DNA from: Candidatus Binatus sp.
GTDB lineage: Bacteria; Desulfobacterota; Binatia; Binatales; Binataceae
Direction of reading: 5' to 3'
Assembly (NCBI RefSeq): GCF_050013435.1
Contig: NZ_JBEKFG010000004.1
Location: 12,967 to 76,966 of the forward strand
Length of the DNA stretch: 64,000 nt
The notes below the pieces were generated by a model. That model saw only the letters and a program-made list of their open reading frames with translations, was not told the origin of the DNA and did not search any database. Shown here in pieces: positions 55,955-64,000 of this stretch (positions within the stretch are counted from its first letter, which is position 1; the number at the start of each line of letters is the position of its first letter). Made by a program: the position numbers and the translations under genes.

Positions 55955-58210
55955 ATGAACCTCAAGCGGTTGTTAGCCGGATGTGGAACGATGGCGCTCG
56001 TGTTGTCGATGGTCTCGCCGGCACTGGCACAGGTCGATGTCGGGAAATACACGGTGCAGGGATCGGTCGAGGCGGGCGCCATCCCCCAGCCCGTCCCCTA
56101 TGACGACTCCGCGGCGAAGTATCAGGAGTACCGCGATCTGGCGCAGCAGTTCATCGTGCCGAAACTCCAGTTGATCCTGGGCGACAAGGCGGAGAACTAC
56201 TACGTGCAGTTCGACGCGGTTAACGTCGCACAAAAGAACCAGATGTATTCGCTGCGCTTCGGCGAGTACGGCCTGCTCGATGTTCAGGCAAAATTCTTCG
56301 AGATTCCACACGCCTTCAGCGACGGCGTCGCGAGCACGCCATACGACGAAAACGGCGGCAGCTTCACGCTATCCTCGAAGCCCACTGGTACCGGCACCGC
56401 CCTCCAATCCTGGCTGGCAGCGAACGACAAACCGTTCGACATGAGCCTGCTCGAAGGTGTCGCGGACATCAACGTGCGCTATACGCCCACGCCGTCGCTG
56501 AGCTTCAGCGCGAACCTGGATTATCAGAACCCCACCGGCCAACAGCCATTCGGTGGCAGCTTCATGTTTGGCGCCAATCCGGGCAGTTACAAAGTGAACG
56601 AACTCTGGGCGCCAATTCAGTACTACATCTATAACTTCGGCACCGGCATGGAATACGCGAAAAACGGATGGCTGGTGGGGTTCCAGTACCAGGGATCCTT
56701 CTTCGTCGACGACTACAGCACCCTGACCTGGGACAACCCGCTCAATACCAGCGGAGTAGGCGGCAATTGCGTGGATTCCACCGTCTTCAGTTCCACGTCG
56801 CTTACCGGCCCATGCGAGGGACGGGCAGCGATGTATCCGAACAACCAGGCTCACAACTTCATCGTGAATGGAGCGGGTCAGCTTCCATTCAACACGCACG
56901 TGATGGGCAGCCTCGAGTACGGATTCTGGCTCCAGAACTCTCCCTTCATCCCGCTTACGAGCAACAGCACGCTGAAGCAGTCATTAAGTTCGGTCGGGGC
57001 GCCCAATAGCCTCGGCGGCGACGTGCAACCTTTCTTCGCCAACTTCACGATCGACAGCAATCCGATCGAGCCGCTGGACATCAAGGCGGTCTATACCTAT
57101 TTCGATTACGACAACCTGACGCCGGGGGTCACCTTCAAAGGCGTTAAGTCGCTCAATGACATCTCGGACCCGCAGATGCCTTTCAGCGCTTATCCCTTTT
57201 CATTTTCGGAGCAGGACGTCAGCCTCGAGCCAACCTACCACGTGACTGATACTATAGCCGCGCACTTTACTATGAAGTGGCAGACCAACCACAACGAGGG
57301 GCTGGAGGTGCTGCAGCAGGATCAGCTCAGCTATGGGCCTGCGCTCGATTGGAACCCATATCCGTGGCTGACTTTCCGGGCGGATTACCAGCACGCGCAC
57401 CGCGACTCGCCGGGATACAACAACAACCGCGCCGACCTAGTCGAGATCCTTGGCGGGATCCCGGGAGGGATCGCGGAGGTTCAGGACCTGCGGCGGTTCG
57501 ACGAGGCCACGGTCGATGTGAACCAGACTTCGCTCTATGCCTCCGTGCAGCCGATCGAAAACGTCAGCCTGTTCAGCTCCTTCAGCTACGACGACTATAA
57601 CTACCCCTCGACCGACTTCGGCCTGCAGCATACGTCGAGCTACACGCCGTCGGTGGGGGGCAGTTACGATCCGCTTCCGACCCTGCATTTTTTCGGCGAC
57701 TACGCATGGCAAGCGTACGATTGGAACCTAAGGTCGCTTTACGGGGGTACCGGCGTAAAGCCGGGTGTGCCGGGAAAATCGTGGGTTTGGACGGCGGATG
57801 GCCGCAACCAGGGCAACAATTTCGATCTCGGGATGGACGTCGCGATACCGCAGAATCATATCCTGAAGCGGCCGTCGCACCTGAAAATCCAGTACACCTA
57901 TACGGTTGGCAGCAACCTCACCCACCAATCGGGCGCTACGGCGGCCGGTTCGGCGTCGGAGGCGATCGACTATCCAAATGCCGGCACCCAGATGGAAGAG
58001 TTGATGGTTCAGTACGAGTACGATTTGCGCGACAACCTCGCGATCAACATCGGGTACTACTTCAACAATTTCGGCGAACACAATTACATGGTGGACCAGA
58101 TGGCGAACTACATGCCCGGCGCCAGCAAAAACTCGACATTTCTCGGCAACTCCGACATGTCCCCCTACAACGCCAATGTCGGATTCATAACTCTTAAATA
58201 CAAATTTTAA
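55955..58210 (+). CDS. MtrB/PioB-family outer-membrane beta-barrel (porin component of porin-cytochrome conduit)
   Basis: SD GGAGGA. Signal peptide MNLKRLLAGCGTMALVLSMVSPALA. About 750 aa, rich in alternating aromatic beta-strand pattern. C-terminal ..GFITLKYKF ends in the aromatic residue typical of OMPs. Position after the decaheme gene. Confidence 0.7.
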   Translation: MNLKRLLAGCGTMALVLSMVSPALAQVDVGKYTVQGSVEAGAIPQPVPYDDSAAKYQEYRDLAQQFIVPKLQLILGDKAENYYVQFDAVNVAQKNQMYSLRFGEYGLLDVQAKFFEIPHAFSDGVASTPYDENGGSFTLSSKPTGTGTALQSWLAANDKPFDMSLLEGVADINVRYTPTPSLSFSANLDYQNPTGQQPFGGSFMFGANPGSYKVNELWAPIQYYIYNFGTGMEYAKNGWLVGFQYQGSFFVDDYSTLTWDNPLNTSGVGGNCVDSTVFSSTSLTGPCEGRAAMYPNNQAHNFIVNGAGQLPFNTHVMGSLEYGFWLQNSPFIPLTSNSTLKQSLSSVGAPNSLGGDVQPFFANFTIDSNPIEPLDIKAVYTYFDYDNLTPGVTFKGVKSLNDISDPQMPFSAYPFSFSEQDVSLEPTYHVTDTIAAHFTMKWQTNHNEGLEVLQQDQLSYGPALDWNPYPWLTFRADYQHAHRDSPGYNNNRADLVEILGGIPGGIAEVQDLRRFDEATVDVNQTSLYASVQPIENVSLFSSFSYDDYNYPSTDFGLQHTSSYTPSVGGSYDPLPTLHFFGDYAWQAYDWNLRSLYGGTGVKPGVPGKSWVWTADGRNQGNNFDLGMDVAIPQNHILKRPSHLKIQYTYTVGSNLTHQSGATAAGSASEAIDYPNAGTQMEELMVQYEYDLRDNLAINIGYYFNNFGEHNYMVDQMANYMPGASKNSTFLGNSDMSPYNANVGFITLKYKF

Positions 58211-58331
58211 GCCGAGGCTATTGGAGTACGAGCAGCAAGAGTCCGGGACAAACAACGAATGACCTATCTTCCGCCGCGGCCCGGCCCGCAAATCAAACGG
58301 CGGAAAAGGAATGGAAGGAAGGAGAGAAGAC

Positions 58332-58745
58332 ATGACCGAGAGTTTGACAACCAAGGGTCGATCGAGAGTGTGGATTTGGACCGCGACGGTTATACCGGCG
58401 GTTGCAGCGCTGGCGTTGATCTCAACCGCCGCCCGCGCAGCCGATCTCACGTCCGCGGCCAGCAGCTACACGGATACGTGCGCCAAGTGCCACGGCCCGG
58501 CCGGCAAGGGCGACGGTCCCAAAGCGGCCGAGCTGAAAGACAAGGACGGCAAACCGGTCGCCATCGGAGATTTGTCCGATTGCGCCAAGATGAGCAAGGT
58601 TACCGATGACGACTTGTTCAAGGAGCTGAAAGAGGGCGGCGCGTCGGTGGGCAAGAGCAAGTTCATGACGCCCTATGGCGATGCGATGGAGGATGACGAG
58701 ATCAAGGCGATGGTTGCGTACGTCAGAACCTTGTGCAAGAAGTAG
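58332..58745 (+). CDS. Periplasmic monoheme class-I cytochrome c (MtoD-like position)
   Basis: SD GGAAGGAAGGAG. Signal peptide. Single CAKCHG heme site. Met-containing C-terminal half (KFMTPYGDAMEDDEIKAMVAYV). Confidence 0.75.
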   Translation: MTESLTTKGRSRVWIWTATVIPAVAALALISTAARAADLTSAASSYTDTCAKCHGPAGKGDGPKAAELKDKDGKPVAIGDLSDCAKMSKVTDDDLFKELKEGGASVGKSKFMTPYGDAMEDDEIKAMVAYVRTLCKK

Positions 58746-58774
58746 CGGCGCGCACCACGTCGGCAATCGGCCAT

Positions 58775-58880
58775 CCCAATACGGGCACTCAGTTCCATGG
58801 GTTGATGTTTTAGTATGTGTACGATTTTGCGCGATAACGTCGCGATCAACGTCGGCTACTACTTCAGCAAGTTTAGATAA
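58775..58880 (+). pseudogene. Remnant of a second mtrB-like gene 3' end
   Basis: Aligns to mtrB 57966..58210 with internal deletions (..ACGATTTTGCGCGATAACGTCGCGATCAACGTCGGCTACTACTTCAGCAAGTTTAGATAA against ..ACGATTTGCGCGACAACCTCGCGATCAACATCGGGTACTACTTC..AAATACAAATTTTAA). Confidence 0.55.
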
Positions 58881-58910
58881 CCCGCTTTCACCGAAGGAAG
58901 GAGATAAGCC

Positions 58911-59324
58911 ATGTCGAAGAGTTTGAGCAGTAAAATTCGATCGAGTCTGTGGATTTGCACCGCGTCGGCCATACCGGCGGTTGCAGCACTGGCGTTGTTC
59001 TCAACCACCGCCCGCGCAGCCGATCTCACGTCCGCGGCCAGCAGTTATACGGATACGTGCGCCAAGTGCCACGGTGCGGCCGGCAAGGGCGACGGCCCTA
59101 AAGCGGCCGAACTGAAAGACGCGGCCGGCAAGCTGGTCGCCATCGGAGATTTGTCCGATTGCGCCACGATGGCCAAGGTTACTGACGACGACATGTTCAA
59201 GGAGCTGAAAGAGGGCGGCGTGTCGGTGGGCAAGAGCAAGTTCATGACGCCCTATGGCGATGCGATGGAGGACGACGAGATCAAGGCGATGGTTGCGTAC
59301 GTCAGAACCTTGTGCAAGAAGTAG
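58911..59324 (+). CDS. Periplasmic monoheme class-I cytochrome c, tandem duplicate of 58332..58745
   Basis: About 90% identical protein with the same CAKCHG site and its own strong SD (GAAGGAAGGAG). Confidence 0.75.
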   Translation: MSKSLSSKIRSSLWICTASAIPAVAALALFSTTARAADLTSAASSYTDTCAKCHGAAGKGDGPKAAELKDAAGKLVAIGDLSDCATMAKVTDDDMFKELKEGGVSVGKSKFMTPYGDAMEDDEIKAMVAYVRTLCKK

Positions 59325-59612
59325 CGACGCGCGTCAAGCTCGAGTATGAGTCCAGGCGCGCGGGATTGAGGGCGAGCAGACTTAGGCAGCCGCCGGCTTG
59401 TAGTTGGCCGGCGGCCTTGCGCAGCAGTTGTACTGGCATTCCCTCTGACCACCCAAAGCAGCCGAGTGAATGCCCTCGCACGGGTAACCGACTAGATCTC
59501 ACCAGAGAGCGACTCACGGCAAGCGGGTCCGATCCCAGGGATCGGACCGCTTGCCGCTCGGAAACCGGGCGTCGCTTCCCTATATTCAAAAAAGAAGCAA
59601 CGCAGGTGGAAT

Positions 59613-61145
59613 ATGCAAACGAGCGGAGATGAGCCGGGCGCGCCGGAAGTGGAGCGCCCGGAGGGGCAAAATGGCGGCGCAGCCGAACGCCAATTGCCAA
59701 GTTTGGCTCGCAATCGGCTGAGTATCGCTGGTCTGATCATTGCCGTCATCATCCTGGCGGACATGCTTTCCCTGGCCGGCATGACGATGCTGGGGGTGCA
59801 GCTGAACCCCTACGTCGGCATTTTTGCCTACCTGATCGGTCCGGCCGTCATGATAGTAGGCCTGTTGCTCATTCCGGCCGGCATGCTGATCGAACGTCGA
59901 CGGCGCCGGAGATTTTTGCCCGGTGAGCTGCCGCCCTTTCCCAAGCTCGATCTCAACCAGCCTTCGGTTCGGCGCGGCTTTCTCGGCGCGGTCGGCTTTG
60001 CGTTCTTTTTCGTGGCTCTCAGCATGGTGGCGAGCTACCAGGGCTACCAGTTCACGGACTCGGTGATGTTCTGCGGGCAGACCTGTCACGTCCCGATGAA
60101 GCCGGAATTCGACGCCTACCAGGATTCGCCGCACGCGCGGGTCGCATGCGCGGGCTGCCACGTGGGACCCGGCGCCACCTGGTTTGTTCGCTCCAAGCTG
60201 TCGGGCGCCTATCAGGTCTATGCGGTAATGTTCAACAAGTACCCCAGACCTATCGAAACTCCGATCAAGGAGTTGCGCCCGATTCGCGCTGCCTGCGAGC
60301 AATGCCATTGGCCACAGAAGTTCTACGGCGCGCAACTCAAGGTCTTCCCGCATTATGGATACGACGAGAAGAACACTCCCATGCGTATCCAGATGCTGAT
60401 CAAGACCGGAGGAGGAACTGCCGAATTCGGCCACGCCACCGGAATTCACTGGCACATGAACATCGCCAACGAAGTATGGTTCGCGGCTACTGACAAGCAG
60501 TCCCAGGTGATTCCGTGGGTAAAAGTGAGGACGCCTGACGGAAGGACCACGGAATACCTTGCCAAGGGCAGTACGCTGACCCCAAAGCAGATCGAAGCGA
60601 TGCCCATCCAGCAGATGGACTGCGTGAGCTGCCATGCCCGCCCGTCGCATAAGTTCCTTCCGCCCGATCAGGCGGTCGATGCGTCGTTCGAGGCGGGTCA
60701 GCTAGACCCTTCGCTGCCCTTCCTGAAGAGGCAGGCGGTCAAGGCCCTGATTAAGCACTACAGCACGTCGGAGGAGGCGGCCGAGGGAATCGCAACCTCC
60801 CTCGATACCTTTTACCGCAATCGCTATTCCGAGATTTATACCGTGAAGTGGCCGCAAATCCGCGCTGCCATCGCCGCCGTGCAGCAGATCTACAAAAAGA
60901 ACATGTTTCCTTTCATGCACGTTGACTGGCGCACTCATCCCGACAACATCGGCCACCTCTATTACCCGGGATGTTTCCGCTGTCACGATGGGCAGCACGT
61001 CAGCTCTGATGGCCGGGTGATACCGCAGGATTGCGATACCTGTCACTCGGTCCTTGCAACTCCTACAAGTGTCGCCCAGTTCAAGCATCCAGTTGATGTG
61101 GGCGACACGACTTGCAGCGCCTGTCATACAGGAGGCGTGCTGTAA
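59613..61145 (+). CDS. Inner-membrane heptaheme c-type cytochrome, ImcH-like (NapC/NirT-related quinol dehydrogenase)
   Basis: Two or three N-terminal TM helices. Seven CxxCH (CGQTCH, CAGCH, CEQCH, CVSCH, CFRCH, CDTCH, CSACH). Length (510 aa) and layout match Geobacter ImcH-type proteins. Confidence 0.5.
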   Translation: MQTSGDEPGAPEVERPEGQNGGAAERQLPSLARNRLSIAGLIIAVIILADMLSLAGMTMLGVQLNPYVGIFAYLIGPAVMIVGLLLIPAGMLIERRRRRRFLPGELPPFPKLDLNQPSVRRGFLGAVGFAFFFVALSMVASYQGYQFTDSVMFCGQTCHVPMKPEFDAYQDSPHARVACAGCHVGPGATWFVRSKLSGAYQVYAVMFNKYPRPIETPIKELRPIRAACEQCHWPQKFYGAQLKVFPHYGYDEKNTPMRIQMLIKTGGGTAEFGHATGIHWHMNIANEVWFAATDKQSQVIPWVKVRTPDGRTTEYLAKGSTLTPKQIEAMPIQQMDCVSCHARPSHKFLPPDQAVDASFEAGQLDPSLPFLKRQAVKALIKHYSTSEEAAEGIATSLDTFYRNRYSEIYTVKWPQIRAAIAAVQQIYKKNMFPFMHVDWRTHPDNIGHLYYPGCFRCHDGQHVSSDGRVIPQDCDTCHSVLATPTSVAQFKHPVDVGDTTCSACHTGGVL

Positions 61146-61172
61146 GCGAATCGGCGCGGACGAGAGAGACAA

Positions 61173-62474
61173 ATGGCGCACGGATCAAGACGGATGGTTA
61201 GCGGCTTTGGGCGCATCGCGTGCGCTGTTGCGGCAATGCTGCTGTGTGCGGTCGCGATGGGCCATGCCGCAGCGACGACCAAGGCCGCTGCGACCGAGGG
61301 CGCTGCGACGACCAAGGCCGCTGCGGCCAAGGTGCTCACCGATAAGGATTGCCTGGGATGCCATAATCTGAAGGCCAGCGCCAAGTTGCAGGCGCGGGTG
61401 GTTAGCGTCTACGTCAATGCGGAGATTTACCAGCCCTCGGTCCATTCGAAGGTAGGTTGTGTCGCCTGCCATTCTGACATCCATGCCTTTCCACATCCCG
61501 ATTCGGTCAAGCCGGTTTCATGCGCCGGCTGCCACGCGAGCGAGACTTCGGGGTATGCGGGCAGCGTTCATGCAATCGCCGAGCGGGAGAAGAAGAGCCG
61601 CTTTCCGGCCTGTCTCAACTGTCACGGCAACCCCCACGGCATCCTGGCCAAGACTGACCCGAAGTCGCGAGTCTATCCGCTCAACCTGCCGCGCACCTGT
61701 GGCACCTGCCACGGAAATCCCGAGCTTGCCAAGAAATATGGCTTTCCGGATGTGTACGCGTTGTACATGGATTCGATTCACGGCTTCGCCCTGACCTCCG
61801 ACGGGCTGTTGGTGGCGGCAACCTGCGCCAGTTGCCATGGGGCGCACGATATCCTGAGCAGAAAGGACCCGAAGAGCCGGACCTTCCCTAAAAATGTGCC
61901 CGCCACCTGTGGCGGGTGCCATGCCGGCGTCCAAGTCGACTACCTTGCCGGAGCGCACGGCCAGGCGATGACCGCCGGGCGCGCGAATGCTCCGGTATGC
62001 ACCAATTGCCATACCGCGCATCAGATTGCCCAGGTGGACGTCGTGAACTGGCAACTCAAAACCGTCGCCACCTGCGGCAACTGTCACAAGACGAGGCTTA
62101 AGAGCTACCGCGATACTTTCCACGGCCAGGTGACCGAACTCGGTTTCGTCGCCACGGCACGATGCTGGAGTTGCCATGGCTCTCACCTGATTCTGAAGGC
62201 TTCCGATCCGAAGTCCAAGGTCGCGCCGGCCAACCTCCCAACCACGTGCGGCAAGTGCCACGCCGGCGCAACCGCGAGTTTTGTCAGCTACGAGCCACAT
62301 CCCAATGTGCACGACCGGCGGCAGAACCCGGCTTTATATTACGCGGCCCTCTTCATGAACCTGCTGCTGGTGGGGGTTTTCCTCTTCTTCGGCCTGCACA
62401 CAGCGCTATGGCTTGCGCGGTCGCTGGGGAACGGGTCGCGGGGGAAGGGCAATGGAGTGAGCGGTGAACAGTAA
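61173..62474 (+). CDS. 11-heme c-type cytochrome with C-terminal TM anchor (Cbc/CbcL-type periplasmic subunit)
   Basis: Signal peptide. Eleven CxxCH, many as CxxCHxxH/CxxCHGxPHG. C-terminal hydrophobic helix LYYAALFMNLLLVGVFLFFGL. Overlaps the downstream b-type cytochrome gene by 11 nt. Confidence 0.7.
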   Translation: MAHGSRRMVSGFGRIACAVAAMLLCAVAMGHAAATTKAAATEGAATTKAAAAKVLTDKDCLGCHNLKASAKLQARVVSVYVNAEIYQPSVHSKVGCVACHSDIHAFPHPDSVKPVSCAGCHASETSGYAGSVHAIAEREKKSRFPACLNCHGNPHGILAKTDPKSRVYPLNLPRTCGTCHGNPELAKKYGFPDVYALYMDSIHGFALTSDGLLVAATCASCHGAHDILSRKDPKSRTFPKNVPATCGGCHAGVQVDYLAGAHGQAMTAGRANAPVCTNCHTAHQIAQVDVVNWQLKTVATCGNCHKTRLKSYRDTFHGQVTELGFVATARCWSCHGSHLILKASDPKSKVAPANLPTTCGKCHAGATASFVSYEPHPNVHDRRQNPALYYAALFMNLLLVGVFLFFGLHTALWLARSLGNGSRGKGNGVSGEQ

Positions 62475-63294
62475 CGATTCAGAACAATATTATTTTCGCT
62501 TCTCGCTGGGGCAGCGCTACCTGCACGGCTTGGTGATCACAACCTTTTTGGGTCTTGCCGCCACCGGAATGACCCTGCGGTTCAGCGAACGGGGTTGGGC
62601 AAAGTCACTGGCGGAAATCGCCGGCGGATTCACTGCGATCCTATCTCTGCATAAGTTCTGCGCGGTGCTTATATCAGCCGGCTTTCTCTACCATATTGGA
62701 GAGCTCTTCTATCGGGCGATGATAAAGAAGGAGCGGGGCCTTTTTTTGGGGCCATACTCGATGACTCCGCAGCCCAAGGATGCCGTGGACCTCTTTGAGA
62801 TGCTGCGCTGGTTCCTTTGGATGGGTCCGCAGCCCAAATTCGACCATTTTGCCTACTGGGAGAAGTTCGACTATTGGGCGGTGTTCTGGGGAATGGCGAT
62901 TATCGGCGCCACCGGCTACATGATGTGGTTCGGACCTTTCTTTGCCCGCTTCGTGCCCGGCTACCTACTCAATATCGCGCTCCTGATTCACGGTGAGGAA
63001 GCTCTGCTGGCCGTCTGGTTCATCTTCATTATCCACTTTTTTAATTCCCACCTGCGCCCTGAGAAGTTTCCGCTCGACCCTGTGATATTTACCGGCCGCG
63101 TCAGCGGTGGAGACTACCAGCACGAGCGCCCGCTGGATTATTCGCGGCTTGGCGAGTCCGGCGCCCTGGAAGCGTTGCGCAGTGACCCGCCTCCCCTTTG
63201 GCTCAAGAATTTCTCCCGCTTGATCGCGATTGTTGCGGTCGGCATCGGCTTTGCGTTGCTCGCGCTTACCTGGATCGCCTTTTGGACCGAGTAG
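62464..63294 (+). CDS. Membrane di-heme b-type cytochrome (HydC/FdnI/cytochrome b561-like) partner of the 11-heme cytochrome
   Basis: Five TM helices. RYLHG motif in helix 1 and conserved His in later helices (LIHGEE, IHFFNSH), consistent with the PF01292-type fold. Confidence 0.55.
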   Translation: MNSNDSEQYYFRFSLGQRYLHGLVITTFLGLAATGMTLRFSERGWAKSLAEIAGGFTAILSLHKFCAVLISAGFLYHIGELFYRAMIKKERGLFLGPYSMTPQPKDAVDLFEMLRWFLWMGPQPKFDHFAYWEKFDYWAVFWGMAIIGATGYMMWFGPFFARFVPGYLLNIALLIHGEEALLAVWFIFIIHFFNSHLRPEKFPLDPVIFTGRVSGGDYQHERPLDYSRLGESGALEALRSDPPPLWLKNFSRLIAIVAVGIGFALLALTWIAFWTE

Positions 63295-63445
63295 CCGCAT
63301 GCCCGCCAATTATAATTTTTCTGTCACGGCCCGCAGGCTTGTTTTTGTTGCCTGCTCGCCGTATGTTCACGCGCATTAAACTACAGACTCCTATTGAACT
63401 GGAGCACCAGAACATGAACGCCGCTATCGCACAAGGAGAATCGCA

Positions 63446-64000
63446 ATGGTATCCGGTGTAATTATACTCATCGCCGCAATCTTCATTTTGAGCGGCGTCA
63501 AAATCCTTAACGAATACCAGCGCGCCGTAGTCTTCCGCCTTGGGCGGCTCATGCGGTACCGCGGCCCAGGCATAATTTACGTGATCCCCTTCATTGAGCG
63601 GATGGTCCGGATCGATCTGCGTACGGTCGTGCTCGATGTCCCACCGCAGGACGTAATCACCAAGGACAACGTGACCGTCAAGGTGAGCGCGGTGCTCTAC
63701 TTCCGGGTGAGCGATCCATCGCGCGCGGTTACCGAGGTGGCAAATTACCTGTTCGCGACCATGCAGCTCGCGCAGACCACGCTGCGCTCCGTCGGCGGAC
63801 AGACCGAACTCGACGAACTCTTAAGCCAGCGCGACAAAGTCAACGCGCGCATCCAGTCGATCGTCGATGCCCATACTGAGCCGTGGGGAATCAAGGTCAT
63901 TCTCGTCGAGTTGAAGAACATTGACCTGCCGCAGGACATGCAGCGCGCGATCGCCGCGCAGGCCGAGGCCGAGCGCGAACGGCGCGCCAAGGTTATCGCG
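63446..64000 (+). CDS. SPFH/band-7 (stomatin/HflC-like) protein, 3' end beyond window
   Basis: SD AAGGAG. N-terminal [23 protein letters not shown] core ([35 protein letters not shown]..). Reading frame open to 64000. Confidence 0.75.
   Translation, partial: MVSGVIILIAAIFILSGVKILNEYQRAVVFRLGRLMRYRGPGIIYVIPFIERMVRIDLRTVVLDVPPQDVITKDNVTVKVSAVLYFRVSDPSRAVTEVANYLFATMQLAQTTLRSVGGQTELDELLSQRDKVNARIQSIVDAHTEPWGIKVILVELKNIDLPQDMQRAIAAQAEAERERRAKVIA

Overview
This window comes from a high-GC (about 65-68%) Gram-negative genome. About 45 genes can be supported from the sequence.

Housekeeping backbone:
- The thrS-infC-rpmI-rplT-pheS-pheT-ihfA operon plus a MerR regulator, and tRNA-Val(GAC).
- xseAB, tlyA, bioD, ctpA, lgt, dtd, trmL, tatA, a CCA-adding enzyme and a CUT2-type ABC transporter.

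Accessory content, in three groups:
1. Three giant secreted NHL-repeat beta-propeller proteins. Each ends in Thr/Pro linkers and repeated Ig-like 'choice-of-anchor D'-type domains (1..740 partial, 1064..4810, 51484..54132). They carry near-identical intragenic tandem repeats.
2. Two sigma-54-type promoters sharing a conserved 210-nt leader, each ahead of a multiheme c-type cytochrome operon.
   - The upstream operon (46.3-51.3 kb) holds two paralogous pentaheme cytochromes with an extra CX8CH/CX10CH site, a Kelch beta-propeller and a TPR/Zn-ribbon protein.
   - The downstream operon (54.9-63.3 kb) is a full set of extracellular-electron-transfer genes: an MtrA/PioA-like decaheme cytochrome, an MtrB/PioB-like outer-membrane barrel, tandemly duplicated monoheme cytochromes with a decayed mtrB 3' remnant, an ImcH-like 7-heme inner-membrane cytochrome, and an 11-heme cytochrome paired with a b-type cytochrome.
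   - A PAS histidine kinase and an NtrC-type sigma-54 activator sit just upstream.
3. A 1.3-kb low-GC islet (37.5-38.9 kb) with a single 424-aa protein carrying a C-terminal HEPN (Rx4H) motif. It is flanked by mosaic intergenic repeats and a degenerate tRNA-like 3' fragment.

Two dispersed repeat families occur. One is mosaic and hairpin-rich (REP/MITE-like); the other is a 75-bp direct repeat flanking a bacterial G1 (eqolisin-like) glutamic peptidase gene. No CRISPR array or rRNA was seen. Many long antisense ORFs in the track are high-GC artefacts.
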